Below are positions 52,367-64,000 of a stretch of DNA of 64,000 bases, piece by piece. The notes under the pieces are model-generated. The model ran no database searches and was not told the DNA's origin. It saw only the letters and a program-made list of their open reading frames with translations. The stretch covers positions 77,004,001 to 77,068,000 of the forward strand of contig NC_043007.1 of the NCBI RefSeq assembly GCF_006345805.1, read 5' to 3'. Within the stretch, counting starts at the first letter, position 1, and every line of letters begins with the position of its first letter. Origin of the DNA: Octopus sinensis. Its lineage: Eukaryota. A program made the position numbers and the translations under genes.

Positions 52367-55157
52367 GCTGACTCAATATTGAGCAGCTGGTATTGGATAG
52401 GGTAGGATGTTGTCGGCCTTGAAGGGATGTTGATGGTCATTTAAAAACAATTCATTGTCACTTTCAACAAATATAATAGAAAGTGAATTGCACTGCAAGC
52501 TGAAGGAACTTAAAACCCACAATAGCAATAATGGTAATTAATACAGAGCAATTAACTTACACTAACAACATACAATAATATATATACAGTACAAATAATA
52601 ACACAATAATTACAATAATAACATGATTGCGCTGACAAATGCAAACATGTCAACACACACATACACCTCGCTAGCCATTAATAACAGTGAGCTGTATGGC
52701 TTCCCTGGGAAACAAAACAGTTTCTCAACTTTGTGTGTGTGTTGTGAACAGAAAGTGAATCAAAATGATATGTGTTCAACAATAGAGAGGAAAATAAATA
52801 CAGGAAAACACTGATTTTCAACCAAAATGTGTAACAAGTACAAGTATGTAGGGTGCACTCATGTCTCATATTGGATCACATTTTAAAGGTTGAAATATTA
52901 TATTCTGGCTTTGAGGGGGTTTTGTAAAGTAGTTTTGATTATGTGAAGAATGTGTGGTCACCATGAAATATTATTTGCTGTTACAAGGTCTATCAATTAT
53001 ATAGTGTTCTGAAGATTTTAGTTGCAGGCTGTACATGTGTAACAAGGATTTTTGCGGTGGAATTCCGCAGTGTGTTATGTTTTGGAATTGTTGAGTACCT
53101 GTTTAAGATCAGTGTATGTACACACAACTCACTATTATTGTCATTATTTGAACATTTTACAGTGTATCCTGGGTGTTTTTGACACGTCACCAGCACTAGT
53201 GAGGTCACCAAGTAACTTCCAAGACAGAAAATGAACAAGAAAAGGAAAAAGCTTCTTTGACAAAGCAGGGTTGTATTTGAGAGGGTGGGGCAGCATTTTA
53301 TGGCCAGGTGCTAGGATTAAAATATGGCAGAGAAAAGTTGCAGTGGTTCTTGCTGAGCTACTGAAGAGCTTCCACAAGATTGCATGACCAGCTAGAAATA
53401 TGGCTAAGTCATGCTCAAATCACACCCTAATCTCATAAAAACCAATGGTTGCATTTGAAAGTCTAAGCTATGTCTGAAATGACAAAATTAAGATACGGAT
53501 AGTTACAACTAGAGCACTTTTGATCACAAATCTGCTTGATCAAAGCTGAGATGGGGCTTAACAGTACCAATAATGGGTATAATACACAATGCCAAATCTA
53601 CAATATTACAGTGTTGTATTTGACAAAGAACTCTAAGGGACCAAGGGAGAGGAACACTAAATGTAAAGTATAAAAAGAACATTAAAGATTCATTCTATGA
53701 AACAACACTGAGTATATCTTGGATGTATAAACTTGCCAATCTCTATCCTTCACTTGCTTTCATTTACGCCATTTGATAGTATAAAATGAACAATAAGTGT
53801 TTTACGTCCATAAATACTAGCTAATTTCTAGTTTCTGTTTCATTTAGTATAATTAACCCTGTTATCAATGACACTGAAATTAACTTCAATTGGTTAAATA
53901 CTTCTACACAGCTCAAGATAATTGTTGAGTTAACACTGTTTTGCTTTATTTATTCAGCAACTCTGGCAATGGAAATGTATGGTAATAAAGCTGATAGAGT
54001 GGAAAATAAGTGTTTGTTTAAATATCTATTACTTCACTTTACAACAACAATAATACTTGTGCTTGTCCTCTGTGTGTGTGTGTGTGTGTGTGCACGCACA
54101 TACATTGGTGAAGAAAAAATGTCAAATAAATGTATGATAAGCTTAGTTAAATCAGTTATGAATTATCATTTTCCAGTTTTAACCAAGAAAATGTCAGTAA
54201 AAAATAAACACACACACACACACATATACATACATACACCCACTTTGTATTTTCTATTTACAAGATTCTTGATGTGAATTCGTGTGTTGAAACAAATCCT
54301 GTTGTCTTGGGAGGGTCATTATGCCAATAACACATGCACTGGTTCAATATCACTTCTTTACTGTTAGTCAATCGGTTAAATATCTAAACAACTACTCAAC
54401 TGTTTGTTTAATGTACTGGCTAGACAATCAATTGGTTGGTTGTTTGCCAAAATTCCTTCGTCATGTATATATGCGCATATGCAAAATGTGTGTGCATGTA
54501 TTCATACTGTATGAATGGATTTATGCAAATGTGTGTATGAGAGTGCAAATAAATGTAAAATTCTGTAAAGAATGGTTGCATTTATGCATGTGCATATGCA
54601 TACACATGCATGTATTTGCATACATGCGTAAGTAGAATTGCTAAGTCTATTGCAAAAATAGTTTTTATGCCAATTTGAGTAGCAGAATTCAAAGAGAAGG
54701 CCAATCAATTGAGACTGATAACAGAACAAGTTATACCATCTAGCACCTACTTGTTAGAGAATTTGGTGGATGGAAACTGTACAGAAGCCTGTTGTGTATG
54801 TGTGTGTATATATATATATTTGTGTGCATGTGTCACCTACCACCCACCCATTGCTTGAAAAACCAGTGTTGGTTTGTTTACATCCCCGTGATCTAGTGGT
54901 TCAGCAAAAGAGACCAATAGAATATATATATATATAACCTGCATAGTATCTTTATAAACCGGGCTAATTTAGCTGTTTCTCTGCAGATTGGAAAATAATG
55001 AACAACTGCGATCACTTTTTGAATCTTATTGGATTCTCATCGAGGCATTTACATCAATTTGACCAATCCCAGAGAAACAAGCAGCAAATTTGTTTATATA
55101 CTCAACAATTACTATAACTAAAGAAAACTTGAGCTGCCAATTTGCATACCATAAGTA

Positions 55158-55367
55158 TTAACCCTTTCGTTACCAACCTGGCTGAAACCGGCTCCGGCTC
55201 TGAGTACAAATGTCTTGTTTTCATAAGTTTTGCATCAAAATATGCCACCAAACCTTAGTCACAATTTATGTTCCTAACACTAGCTGAATGATAACTAAGT
55301 TATTTTACTAAATTCTTTGAAAGAAACACAGAGCATCTCAAAATAAATACAGTAACGAAAGGGTTAA
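55158..55367. mobile_element. piggyBac-type MITE family F
   Basis: Perfect TTAA-CCCTTTCGTTAC / GTAACGAAAGGG-TTAA ends. Confidence 0.9.
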
Positions 55368-55606
55368 AGCTGTATTTTAAAGATTAGGAGCCTGTCAAAT
55401 GGACCTCAGTCCTTACAGTATCAAGGTATGATATGATAAATATGTATAACTTTATATAGTACCTTTATAAACAGGGCTAATTTAGCTGCTTATGAACACA
55501 GGGACACATGCATACAACAACAGTCACAATACATTCTGCAACAAAGCAACAAAACGAAAGGGATTGAAATTATGAAATTACATGAAAAATGAAAAAATAT
55601 ACTTAC

Positions 55607-55678
55607 AGCTCTTTGAGGTTAGGCAAGTGGCTAAACACTGATTCATTAATATGTGTAATCTTATTGCTGCTAATATCT
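55607..55678 (-). CDS. LRIG: LRIG-family gene, internal LRR exon (72 bp; first exon visible in window): (L)DISSNKITHINESVFSHLPNLKE(L)
   Basis: Minus strand tcttttctcttgtgtcttccAG|exon|GTaagt; 72 bp, phase 2-2; one 24-aa LRR similar to the first LRR of vertebrate LRIG1/3 as recalled; joins in frame to 47971-48042 (CT+G=Leu). Confidence 0.9.
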
Positions 55679-56119
55679 CTGGAAGACACAAGAGAAAGAC
55701 GAGCATAAATTACATGGAATCATACAATGGATTTAGAGAGACATTTAAAATCGCTTTGGAAAGTTAATTATTTTGGTGGTCAAATAATAAAAAAGAAGAA
55801 AAATAACAAAAAGTAAAGATATTGGTGATTTCCTCAAACATCTTGAAGGATTCCTTTTGGTTTGTCAATTTTATCTTTTACTTGTTTCAATCATTAGACT
55901 GCAGCCATGCTGGAGCACTGCCAAATACTTATTCTATAGGTCTCTTTTGCTAAACTGCTAAGTTACAGGAATGTAAACACATCAACGCCAGTTACCAAGT
56001 GGTGGTGGGGAACAAACACAGACACAAAGATACACACACACACACACATATATATATGTATGTATATATGTGTATATATATATATGTATGTATGTGTATA
56101 TATATATATATATATATAT

Positions 56120-56165
56120 ACAATTCATAAATAAGGGCAAACGTTTGCCCTTATTTATGAATTGT
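56120..56165. repeat. Perfect 46-bp palindrome with no spacer
   Basis: acaattcataaataagggcaaac|gtttgcccttatttatgaattgt. Confidence 0.95.
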
Positions 56166-56264
56166 TTATAATTTTAACCTTTAAAGATATTTTTTAATAT
56201 GCTGGCCATTGGTAAAAATTTTTTGGGGAAAAAAAAATTTTTCGAAAGAAATTTTATCCTACAT

Positions 56265-56295
<31 letters not shown>

Positions 56296-56882
56296 TGTCC
56301 AACCCATGCTAGCATGGAAAGCGGACGTTAAACGATGATGATGATATATATGTATATATATATATAAAATTGGCACTCCCTCGCTTATGACTGTTCCAGT
56401 TGATCTGATAAAAGGAACAGCTTGCTAGTGAGATTAACATGCAGGTGCACAGAGCATGACAAGGCTGGCCCCTTGAAATACAGGTACTACTCATTTTCGC
56501 CGACTGAATGCACTGGAGCAATGTGAAAAAAAGTGTCTTGCTCAAGAACACAACATGCTGACGTGAACTGAACTCACAACCTTACAATCCTACGATATGT
56601 TTGTGTGTGTGTGCAAGTGTGTATACAATGAGCTTTTTTTCAGTTTCTGCCTACCAAATGCACTCGTTAGGCTTTGATTGGCCTGAGGCTATAGCAGAAG
56701 ACACTTGCCCAAGGTGCCATGCAGTGGGACTGAACTTAGAACTAAGTGGTTGAGAAGCAAACTTTTTACCACATAGCCACATCTGTGTCTCTACATTTTA
56801 TCTATACAGGTATTCTACTTGGAAATGATCTTTCAACAAGCAGAATGAAGAATGTAAGGTGTGTGTGTGTGTGTGAGTAAGT

Positions 56883-56924
<42 letters not shown>

Positions 56925-57319
56925 GAGAGATATATATATATAGAGAGAGATAGAGAGATAGAGATAGAGAGAGAGAGAGAGAGAGAGAGTACTGGTTTTT
57001 CTCTTTTTTCATTTCATTCTTCGTTTTCAATGTTCTTTTTTCCATGCTTGCATAGTCTGGGCAGAATTTACTATGGCTGGATGCACTTCCTGCTGCCTCA
57101 TAACCATTCAATGGTTAAAGAATCTTATTATATTATTAAATATTATTAGGAATTGTATTTAAAAGAAATTGTTAAAATATTTGGTATATTGGAGAAGTAT
57201 AAGCAATTTATTGTTCATAAACTTTAACAAAAAAATCTTAGACCCCCAAGGGCCATATGAATCCTAGTTGGGAACCATAGTACTAGAGCACTATGCAGTC
57301 CTTGGACACATCGGATTCT

Positions 57320-57546
57320 TATTTCTTTATTGCCCACAAGGGGCTAAACATAGAGGAGACAAACAAGGACAGACAAAGGGATTAAGTCAATTACATCGAC
57401 CCCAGTGTGTTAACTGGTACTTATTTAATCGACCCCGAAAGGATGAAAGGCAAAGTCGACCTTGGCGGAATTTGAACTCAGAACCTAACGGCAGACGAAA
57501 TACCGCTAAGCATTTCGCCTGGCATGCTAACTATTCTGCCAGCTTG
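57320..57546 (-). mobile_element. SINE family B with ~17-bp TSD
   Basis: ccttggacacatcggat at 57300-57316 and 57547-57563. Confidence 0.85.
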
Positions 57547-58868
57547 CCTTGGACACATCGGATCCTGTCAAACTGTCCAATCCATGCTAGCACAGAGCAT
57601 TAATGTTAAATGATGATAATGATGATGATCATCATCATGGAGAAGGTGTGAAAATGTCCAGGTTTGTGTTTGGACAAGCCGTAAAACTGCTTGGAGAAGA
57701 AAACAACATAATCAAAATTGACTTATGGGTATTCTTTGATGGGAAAAGTCTAGAAGGTCCTCCGATATAAAAAAAAACCCTGCAGTTGAAATCAGGTTCA
57801 GTTAGCTTGTTCTTTATTGTTAATGGGTACTTAACTGTGGATGCTTAGAGAGGTCATCACTCTGGTACTAATAGAATGCTGAAAGATGGATTCTTCAAGC
57901 TGAGCCAACTAGCAGGAGATATAGGAGTAGACCAAGAACAAGATGGTTGGATAATATTTATAATCTCACTTGGTCATGCTTGGAAATCTAGCCAAAAAGT
58001 GTAATGACAGCTAGCACTCTATTGGTCATGATGACAAGGGCTCCTGTTTACCTGATCAATGGAACAGCCTGAAATTAACGTGCAAGCGGCTGAGCACTCT
58101 ATAGACAAGCATACATTGTATGTAGTTTTCAGGGAGATTCAACAATTACAGAATGTGACAAGGCAGTCCCTTTGAAATACAGATACTCATTTTTGCCAGC
58201 TGGAGCAATGTGAAGTGAAGTGTCTACTTCTGATAGGACCCTGTGGAGGAGGTTCCTGAGAACTCTACCCTTAAAACCATCCTAGGAATTGTAGGCACAT
58301 AAGGTGGATGGGTACATAGAGAGTGGCATACACATTATACGAGCGTACAATGATGTACAGATGCCTTATTAATGAGATGGCTATTGCCTGACAAGGTGAA
58401 GCAATCATCATATAGACAGGCATACATAGAGATTTGACAGTTGCATTATTAAAAGATCTTAAAATTAGAATTTTTGATTTAATAGAAAAAAAGAAATAAC
58501 AAGTAGTGTATATATGGGATGGATGGTGTATTTGCAAATATGTGTGTCTGAATGTATATATATATGCGCATATGCAAAATGTGTGTGCATGTATTCATAC
58601 TGTATGAATGGATTTATGCAAATGTGTGTATGAGAGTGCAAATAAATGTAAAATTCTGTAAAGAATGGTTGCATTTATGCATGTATTTGCATACATGCGT
58701 AAGTAGAATTGCTAAGTCTATTGCAAAAATAGTTTTTATGCCAATTTGAGTAGCAGAATTCAAAGAGAAGGCCAATCAATTGAGACTGATAACAGAACAA
58801 GTTATACCATCTAGCACCTACTTGTTAGAGAATTTGGTGGATGGAAACTGTACAAAGCCTGTTGTGTA

Positions 58869-58884
<16 letters not shown>

Positions 58885-58926
<42 letters not shown>

Positions 58927-59501
58927 CATGTGTCACCTGCCACCCACCCATTGCTTGAAAAACCAGTGTTGGTTTGTTTACATCTCCGTGATCTATCTAG
59001 TGGTTCAGCAAAAGAGACCAATAGAATAAGTACTAGATTTAAGAAGAAAAAAGAACTGGAGTCAGTTTCCTTGGCTAAAGCCCTTCAAGGCATGGCCACA
59101 GTCCAGTGACTGAAACGAGTAAGCAATAAGATGTCCCTTATATTCAAATGTTTTAAATCATGTATTAATAAACACACACACACACACACACACAAAATAT
59201 GCTTAAAAGCAACATTACACAAAAGATGTGTCTAAGTACCATAAGTCAGGAAGATTTTTGAATATATAAATGTTTAAATGCAGCATTTACTTTTGGGACA
59301 CGATGTTTGTTGAGTGCATGCAAATGTGTACTACTATAAGTCTGTTTAGCTTCTCCGATGCTGAATTCATGTTTAAATGCAGTATTACTTATGGGACATA
59401 GTCTGTTGTATGTGAGAGAAGAAAGAGAGATATTATGGCTTGAAGGAGTGGAATAGAGAAAAGTTTTTTAGTCTATGTAAAGTACTACCTCACTCTAGAA
59501 A

Positions 59502-59566
<65 letters not shown>

Positions 59567-60138
59567 CATGTGTCACCTGCCACCCACCCATTGCTTGAAA
59601 AACCAGTGTTGGTTTGTTTACATCTCCGTGATCTATCTAGTGGTTCAGCAAAAGAGACCAATAGAATAAGTACTAGATTTAAGAAGAAAAAAGAACTGGA
59701 GTCAGTTTCCTTGGCTAAAGCCCTTCAAGGCATGGCCACAGTCCAGTGACTGAAACGAGTAAGCAATAAGATGTCCCTTATATTCAAATGTTTTAAATCA
59801 TGTATTAATAAACACACACACACACACACAAAATATGCTTAAAAGCAACATTACACAAAAGATGTGTCTAAGTACCATAAGTCAGGAAGATTTTTGAATA
59901 TATAAATGTTTAAATGCAGCATTTACTTTTGGGACATGATGTTTGTTGAGTGCATGCAAATGTGTACTACTATAAGTCTGTTTAGCTTCTCCGATGCTGA
60001 ATTCATGTTTAAATGCAGTATTACTTATGGGACGTAGTCTGTTGTATGTGAGAGAAGAAAGAGAGATATTATGGCTTGAAGGAGTGGAATAGAGAAAAGT
60101 TTTTTAGTCTATGTAAAGTACTACCTCACTCTAGAAAA

Positions 60139-60184
<46 letters not shown>
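58885..60184 (+). repeat. Tandem duplication of a ~640-bp unit bounded by (TA)n tracts
   Basis: 58911-59510 vs 59551-60147 differ only in repeat lengths and two substitutions that I could see. Confidence 0.95.
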
Positions 60185-60187
<3 letters not shown>

Positions 60188-60232
60188 AAAAAGAATTACT
60201 TCAGAAACAACAAGCAGTGGTTTAGTGGCCCG

Positions 60233-60250
60233 TGCTGCCACCTGGTGGCT
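60233..60250 (-). promoter_or_regulatory. Candidate CTCF site
   Basis: Minus strand AGCCACCAGGTGGCAGCA fits the CCASYAGRKGGCRS consensus; GC-rich spot in otherwise AT-rich unique sequence. Confidence 0.55.
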
Positions 60251-60688
60251 GTCCTTGAGACAGAGGTGGGCAAAGTTTGCCATGAAACTTGAGCTTGGAG
60301 TTTTAGTTCAGAAAATACTATTTCTCATATTGTCGTTTGATATCTCAATGTAACAAGATATTATGGATATCAGTAAAAGGGATGGTAGTGGTGGTCTGGA
60401 CCTCGCTAGAGGAGAACGAGAGGGAAGGGAAGAGGAAGTAGAAGAAAAGGAAGCCAACACACTACACCAGGAATACTACTACAAAAAGCACCTCCATTGC
60501 ATCACTCTCACCACCACCCCAACATTATACACTACTAGCACACATACACTCTCTCGGTATCAATCAATCTATTTATCCCTGTATATATACATACATACAA
60601 GCACATGTGTGTGTGTGTGTGTGAATATATATATACACACACACACACATATATTTACAGAAAACAAAAGGTGAAGACAGGTAAAAGG

Positions 60689-60755
<67 letters not shown>

Positions 60756-60809
60756 ATATATATACATATGTATATGTGTGTATATATGTATATGTGTGTG
60801 TGTGTATAT

Positions 60810-60877
<68 letters not shown>

Positions 60878-61018
60878 CACACAAATATTTGTATAATTTT
60901 ATGTATAAAGGTTATGTTAACGTTCCGAGCTACTTGGTAACATTATTAATTGATTGATTAATTAATAATTAATTAGTTTACCCTTTTATTATTAATTTGA
61001 AATTATATATATATATAT

Positions 61019-61094
61019 AGTCCAATGATTGAAGCAAGTATAAGATTATATATATATATATATATAATCTTATATTTGCTTCAATCATTGGACT
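61019..61094. repeat. 76-bp near-perfect palindrome centred on (TA)n
   Basis: agtccaatgattgaagcaagtataagatt-(TA)n-aatcttatatttgcttcaatcattggact; the right arm is a family A SINE tail. Confidence 0.9.
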
Positions 61095-61572
61095 GCAGCC
61101 ATGCTGAGGCACTGCTTTGATGGATTTAGTTGAACAAATCGATACCAGCATTTATTATTTTTTTTAAGCCTCATATTTATCATACTGGTTTCTTTTGCTG
61201 AACTGCTGCTGACAGGGATGTAAACAAACTGACACTAGTTGTCAAATGGTGGTGGTGCTGGTGGTAGTGGAGACAAACACAAACACACAAAGATACACAG
61301 ACACAAGTGGAAACTTGTGAATCTATCAAATGAATTACTGCAATTAAAGAAAACGTGAACCACCACTGTTGCTACTACCACCATCACCACCATGGTGCAA
61401 TCAATATGTGCAGCTATGTCTTGTGAAAGAGAGGCGGTAGGAGGAGTAGAAAATTATTTGTAAATTCTGCAAGTTAAACTTCGCAATATGACATAGCAGA
61501 AAGGTAGAAAAAATGTAAAGCATAGTTGCTGTTATTTAAACCAAAAGTCAGACTTTTATGGAACAAACCCAT

Positions 61573-61961
61573 ACTCTTTTACTCTCTTTTACTTGTTTCA
61601 GTCATTTGACTGCGGCCATGCTGGAGCACGACCTTTAGTCGAGCAAATCGACCCCGGGACTTATTCTTTGTAAGCCCAGTACTTATTCTATCGGTTTCTT
61701 TTGCCGAACCGCTAAGTGACGGGGACGTAAACACACCAGCATCGGTTGTCAAGCAATGCTAGGGGGACAAACACAGACACACAAACATATATATATATAT
61801 ACATATATACGACAGGCTTCTTTCAGTTTCCATCTACCAAATCCACTCACAAGGCATTGGTCGGCCCGGGGCTATAGCAGAAGACACTTGCCCAAGATGC
61901 CACGCAGTGGGACTGAACCCTGTGGTTGGTTAGCAAGCTACTTACCACACAGCCACTCCTG
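61573..61961 (-). mobile_element. SINE family A, young copy
   Basis: Same diagnostic subfamily as the 36780 and 48546 copies. Confidence 0.9.
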
Positions 61962-62530
61962 GTCAAAAGCATTCCAGTAATCTTTTGTATCTTTCATCAT
62001 TTACTTGAGACTGTGGCCATGCTGGAGCGTCCCCTTGAAGAATTTCTAGTCACATGAATCAACCTCAATAATACTTATTTTATTTTTAAGCTGGTACCTA
62101 TTCTATCAGAAGAAGTACAAGGCATTAAAAAAAAAAACAGTAAAAGACATGTAGTGAGGTTAATTCTTCATGGCAGTACTCCAGAATGGCCACAGCCTAA
62201 TGACTGAAGCAAGTAAAAGATTAAAAGATTGGCTTATGTAGTTATATAATAAATATAATCTGGTGTAAGGAGGTGTAGTGTGGGATATAGTGTAGCAGGG
62301 TGTGGTGGAATAGGGTCCGCTGATGTAGTAGTGTGCTATGGAATGGAGTAGTTATAACACGGCATACTATGGTTTGGCATAGTGTGCAATGTGGTGGTGC
62401 AGCGTAGCCGAAACGATTTGCAATGGTTTAGAGTAGAGTGTCCCTATACAGAAGCAATATCAAGTTTCCTTGAGTTTTAAGTTCAAATCCTCCAGATGTG
62501 ATCTATGTCAATAATATAAAGTACTGTCAA

Positions 62531-62747
62531 GGGCGACGAGCTGGCATAAATGTTAGCATGCCGGGCGAAATGCTTAGCGGTATTTCGTCTGTCTTTACGT
62601 TCTGAGTTCAAATTCCGCCAAGGTCGACTTTGCCTTTCATCGTTTAGGGGTTGATAAATTAAGTACCAGTTGCATACTGGGGTTGATCTAATCGAGTGGC
62701 CCCCTCCCAAAAAAAATTTTGGGCCTTGTGCTAAGAGCATAAAAGAA
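62531..62747 (+). mobile_element. SINE family B, tail type 2
   Basis: Same head and central domain as 6301 but tail cccctccc..aattt..ggccttgtgc..agaa; similar copies at 42148-42362, 50000-50215, 63270-63481, 18585-18790. Confidence 0.8.
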
Positions 62748-63541
62748 TATCAGGTAAATATCAAATGGTAATGACGATGATCATGATGGTAACAATGAAG
62801 ATAGAGATGATGGAACTAGACAGAAGTTGTCAGAATAGAATACCATGCTGATTCATTGGGATGCTGACTGTCACTTATCCTTCTTCTTCCTCCTCCTCCT
62901 CCTTCACCTTCTATGGCATACAGGGTTGTATGTTAAATGACTGAAGGGCAGGAACAGAGTGGGAGAGCATGGAGGGAATAGTGGGAGGAATCATGGTGAA
63001 AGAAGGAAAGTCATAGCAACAAAAAAGGGGAGAAAATCACAGTAGAGGGAGTGGGAGGACAAGAGAAAGACGGGGGGGGATAGGGGAGGAAGATAAGGAA
63101 GAAGATAATGGAGGAGATGGAGAGGGAGTAGGGATGAACCATATGAAAGAGCAAGTGAATATGAATATGTGAGTGAGTATACCTGTGACCAGTGGTCAAT
63201 GCATGTAGTTTTACAAGGAGGAGGGAAAGAGTGGTCAAGAGATTAAATGCCCATGTAATTGGTTTCAAAGCTTGGCACATAGCCAGCAAGTTTGGGGCTG
63301 CGGGTAGGGGAGGTTGGAAGCTGATTACATCAACCCCAGTGCTCAACTGGTACTTATTTTATCAATCCTGAAAGGATGAAAAGCAAAGTCGACCTTAGCA
63401 GAATTTGAACTCAGAGCCTAAAGACGGGCAAAATGCTGCTAAGCATTTTGTCCAGTGTGCTAATGATTCCGCCAGCTCGCCATGTATGGATGTATATATG
63501 TGTATTACATATATAAGGACAACAGTGTGAGTGAGTGTGTA

Positions 63542-63574
<33 letters not shown>

Positions 63575-64000
63575 GTATTCCCTGTGATCAAAAAAGATGT
63601 GTATATATGTAACAGCTACATGTGTGTACTTTATGTGAATATGCGTTGGTCAAAAGAGGGGCATCAGTAAATGTATGTAAAGTGTGTGTATGCGCGTGAA
63701 GAGAGAGTGGTGGACTGGTAATGGAGAGAAATCAGACACCTTATCCATGAGTCTCTTGCCACCCCATCCCCACCTCTCAGTATCAGTGTTGTCAAGTCAA
63801 ATGAGAAATTTACTGTTACCACATGTTGTTGATAAACATTAAGAGATGATGGCGAGGGCGGTTGCAGTGGTAAGAAATGAGAGAGATATCTGGAGGAAAA
63901 GAAGGGTGGGAGAAGCCAGTGAAGATGGAGAGGAAGCTAAATAGAAAAGAAAGCAAAAAGAGAGAAAAAGAAAATCAATGAGAGGGGAGGGAGGGAAACA

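Larger units (their letters stand above)
54463..59028 (+). repeat. Dispersed direct duplication, ~460 bp (54463-54924 and 58552-59028)
   Basis: Near-identical non-microsatellite sequence; also visible as the duplicated ORF text MRICKMCVHVFILYEW. Confidence 0.95.

Noticed and set aside
52648-52720. Possible extra minus-strand exon (ttcccAG...GTgtat)
   Set aside because: Weak donor, no LRR content, and the LRIG frame is complete without it.
62270-62440. Periodic GT-rich stretch
   Set aside because: Most simply a decayed pentanucleotide repeat.

Overview
Eukaryotic, AT-rich, microsatellite- and SINE-dense animal DNA; the repeat complement looks octopus-like (inference from recalled SINE families). 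The whole window lies inside one large minus-strand gene. Four short phase-2 GT-AG exons (55607-55678, 47971-48042, 23231-23368, 214-357), three of them absent from the ORF track, splice into a continuous leucine-rich-repeat reading frame that matches the N-terminal LRR region of LRIG proteins (LRIG1-3/lambik/SMA-10). The introns (about 7.6, 24.6 and 22.9 kb) hold at least four SINE-type families, piggyBac-type TTAA MITEs, Tc1/mariner and hAT-like MITEs, RTE LINE remnants and an R4/Dong-type LINE 3' end in a (TAA)n tract. The most unusual items are (1) a ~415-bp TIR element in two copies with very different target duplications (21 bp vs 7 bp), an asymmetric terminal A and an internal telomere-like CCCTAA patch; (2) an inverted pair of degenerate minimal hammerhead ribozyme motifs, each followed by AATAAA; (3) several fold-back palindromes at (TA)n tracts; (4) direct and inverted repeats flanking in-frame LRR exons. 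Almost all listed ORFs are repeat or microsatellite artefacts.
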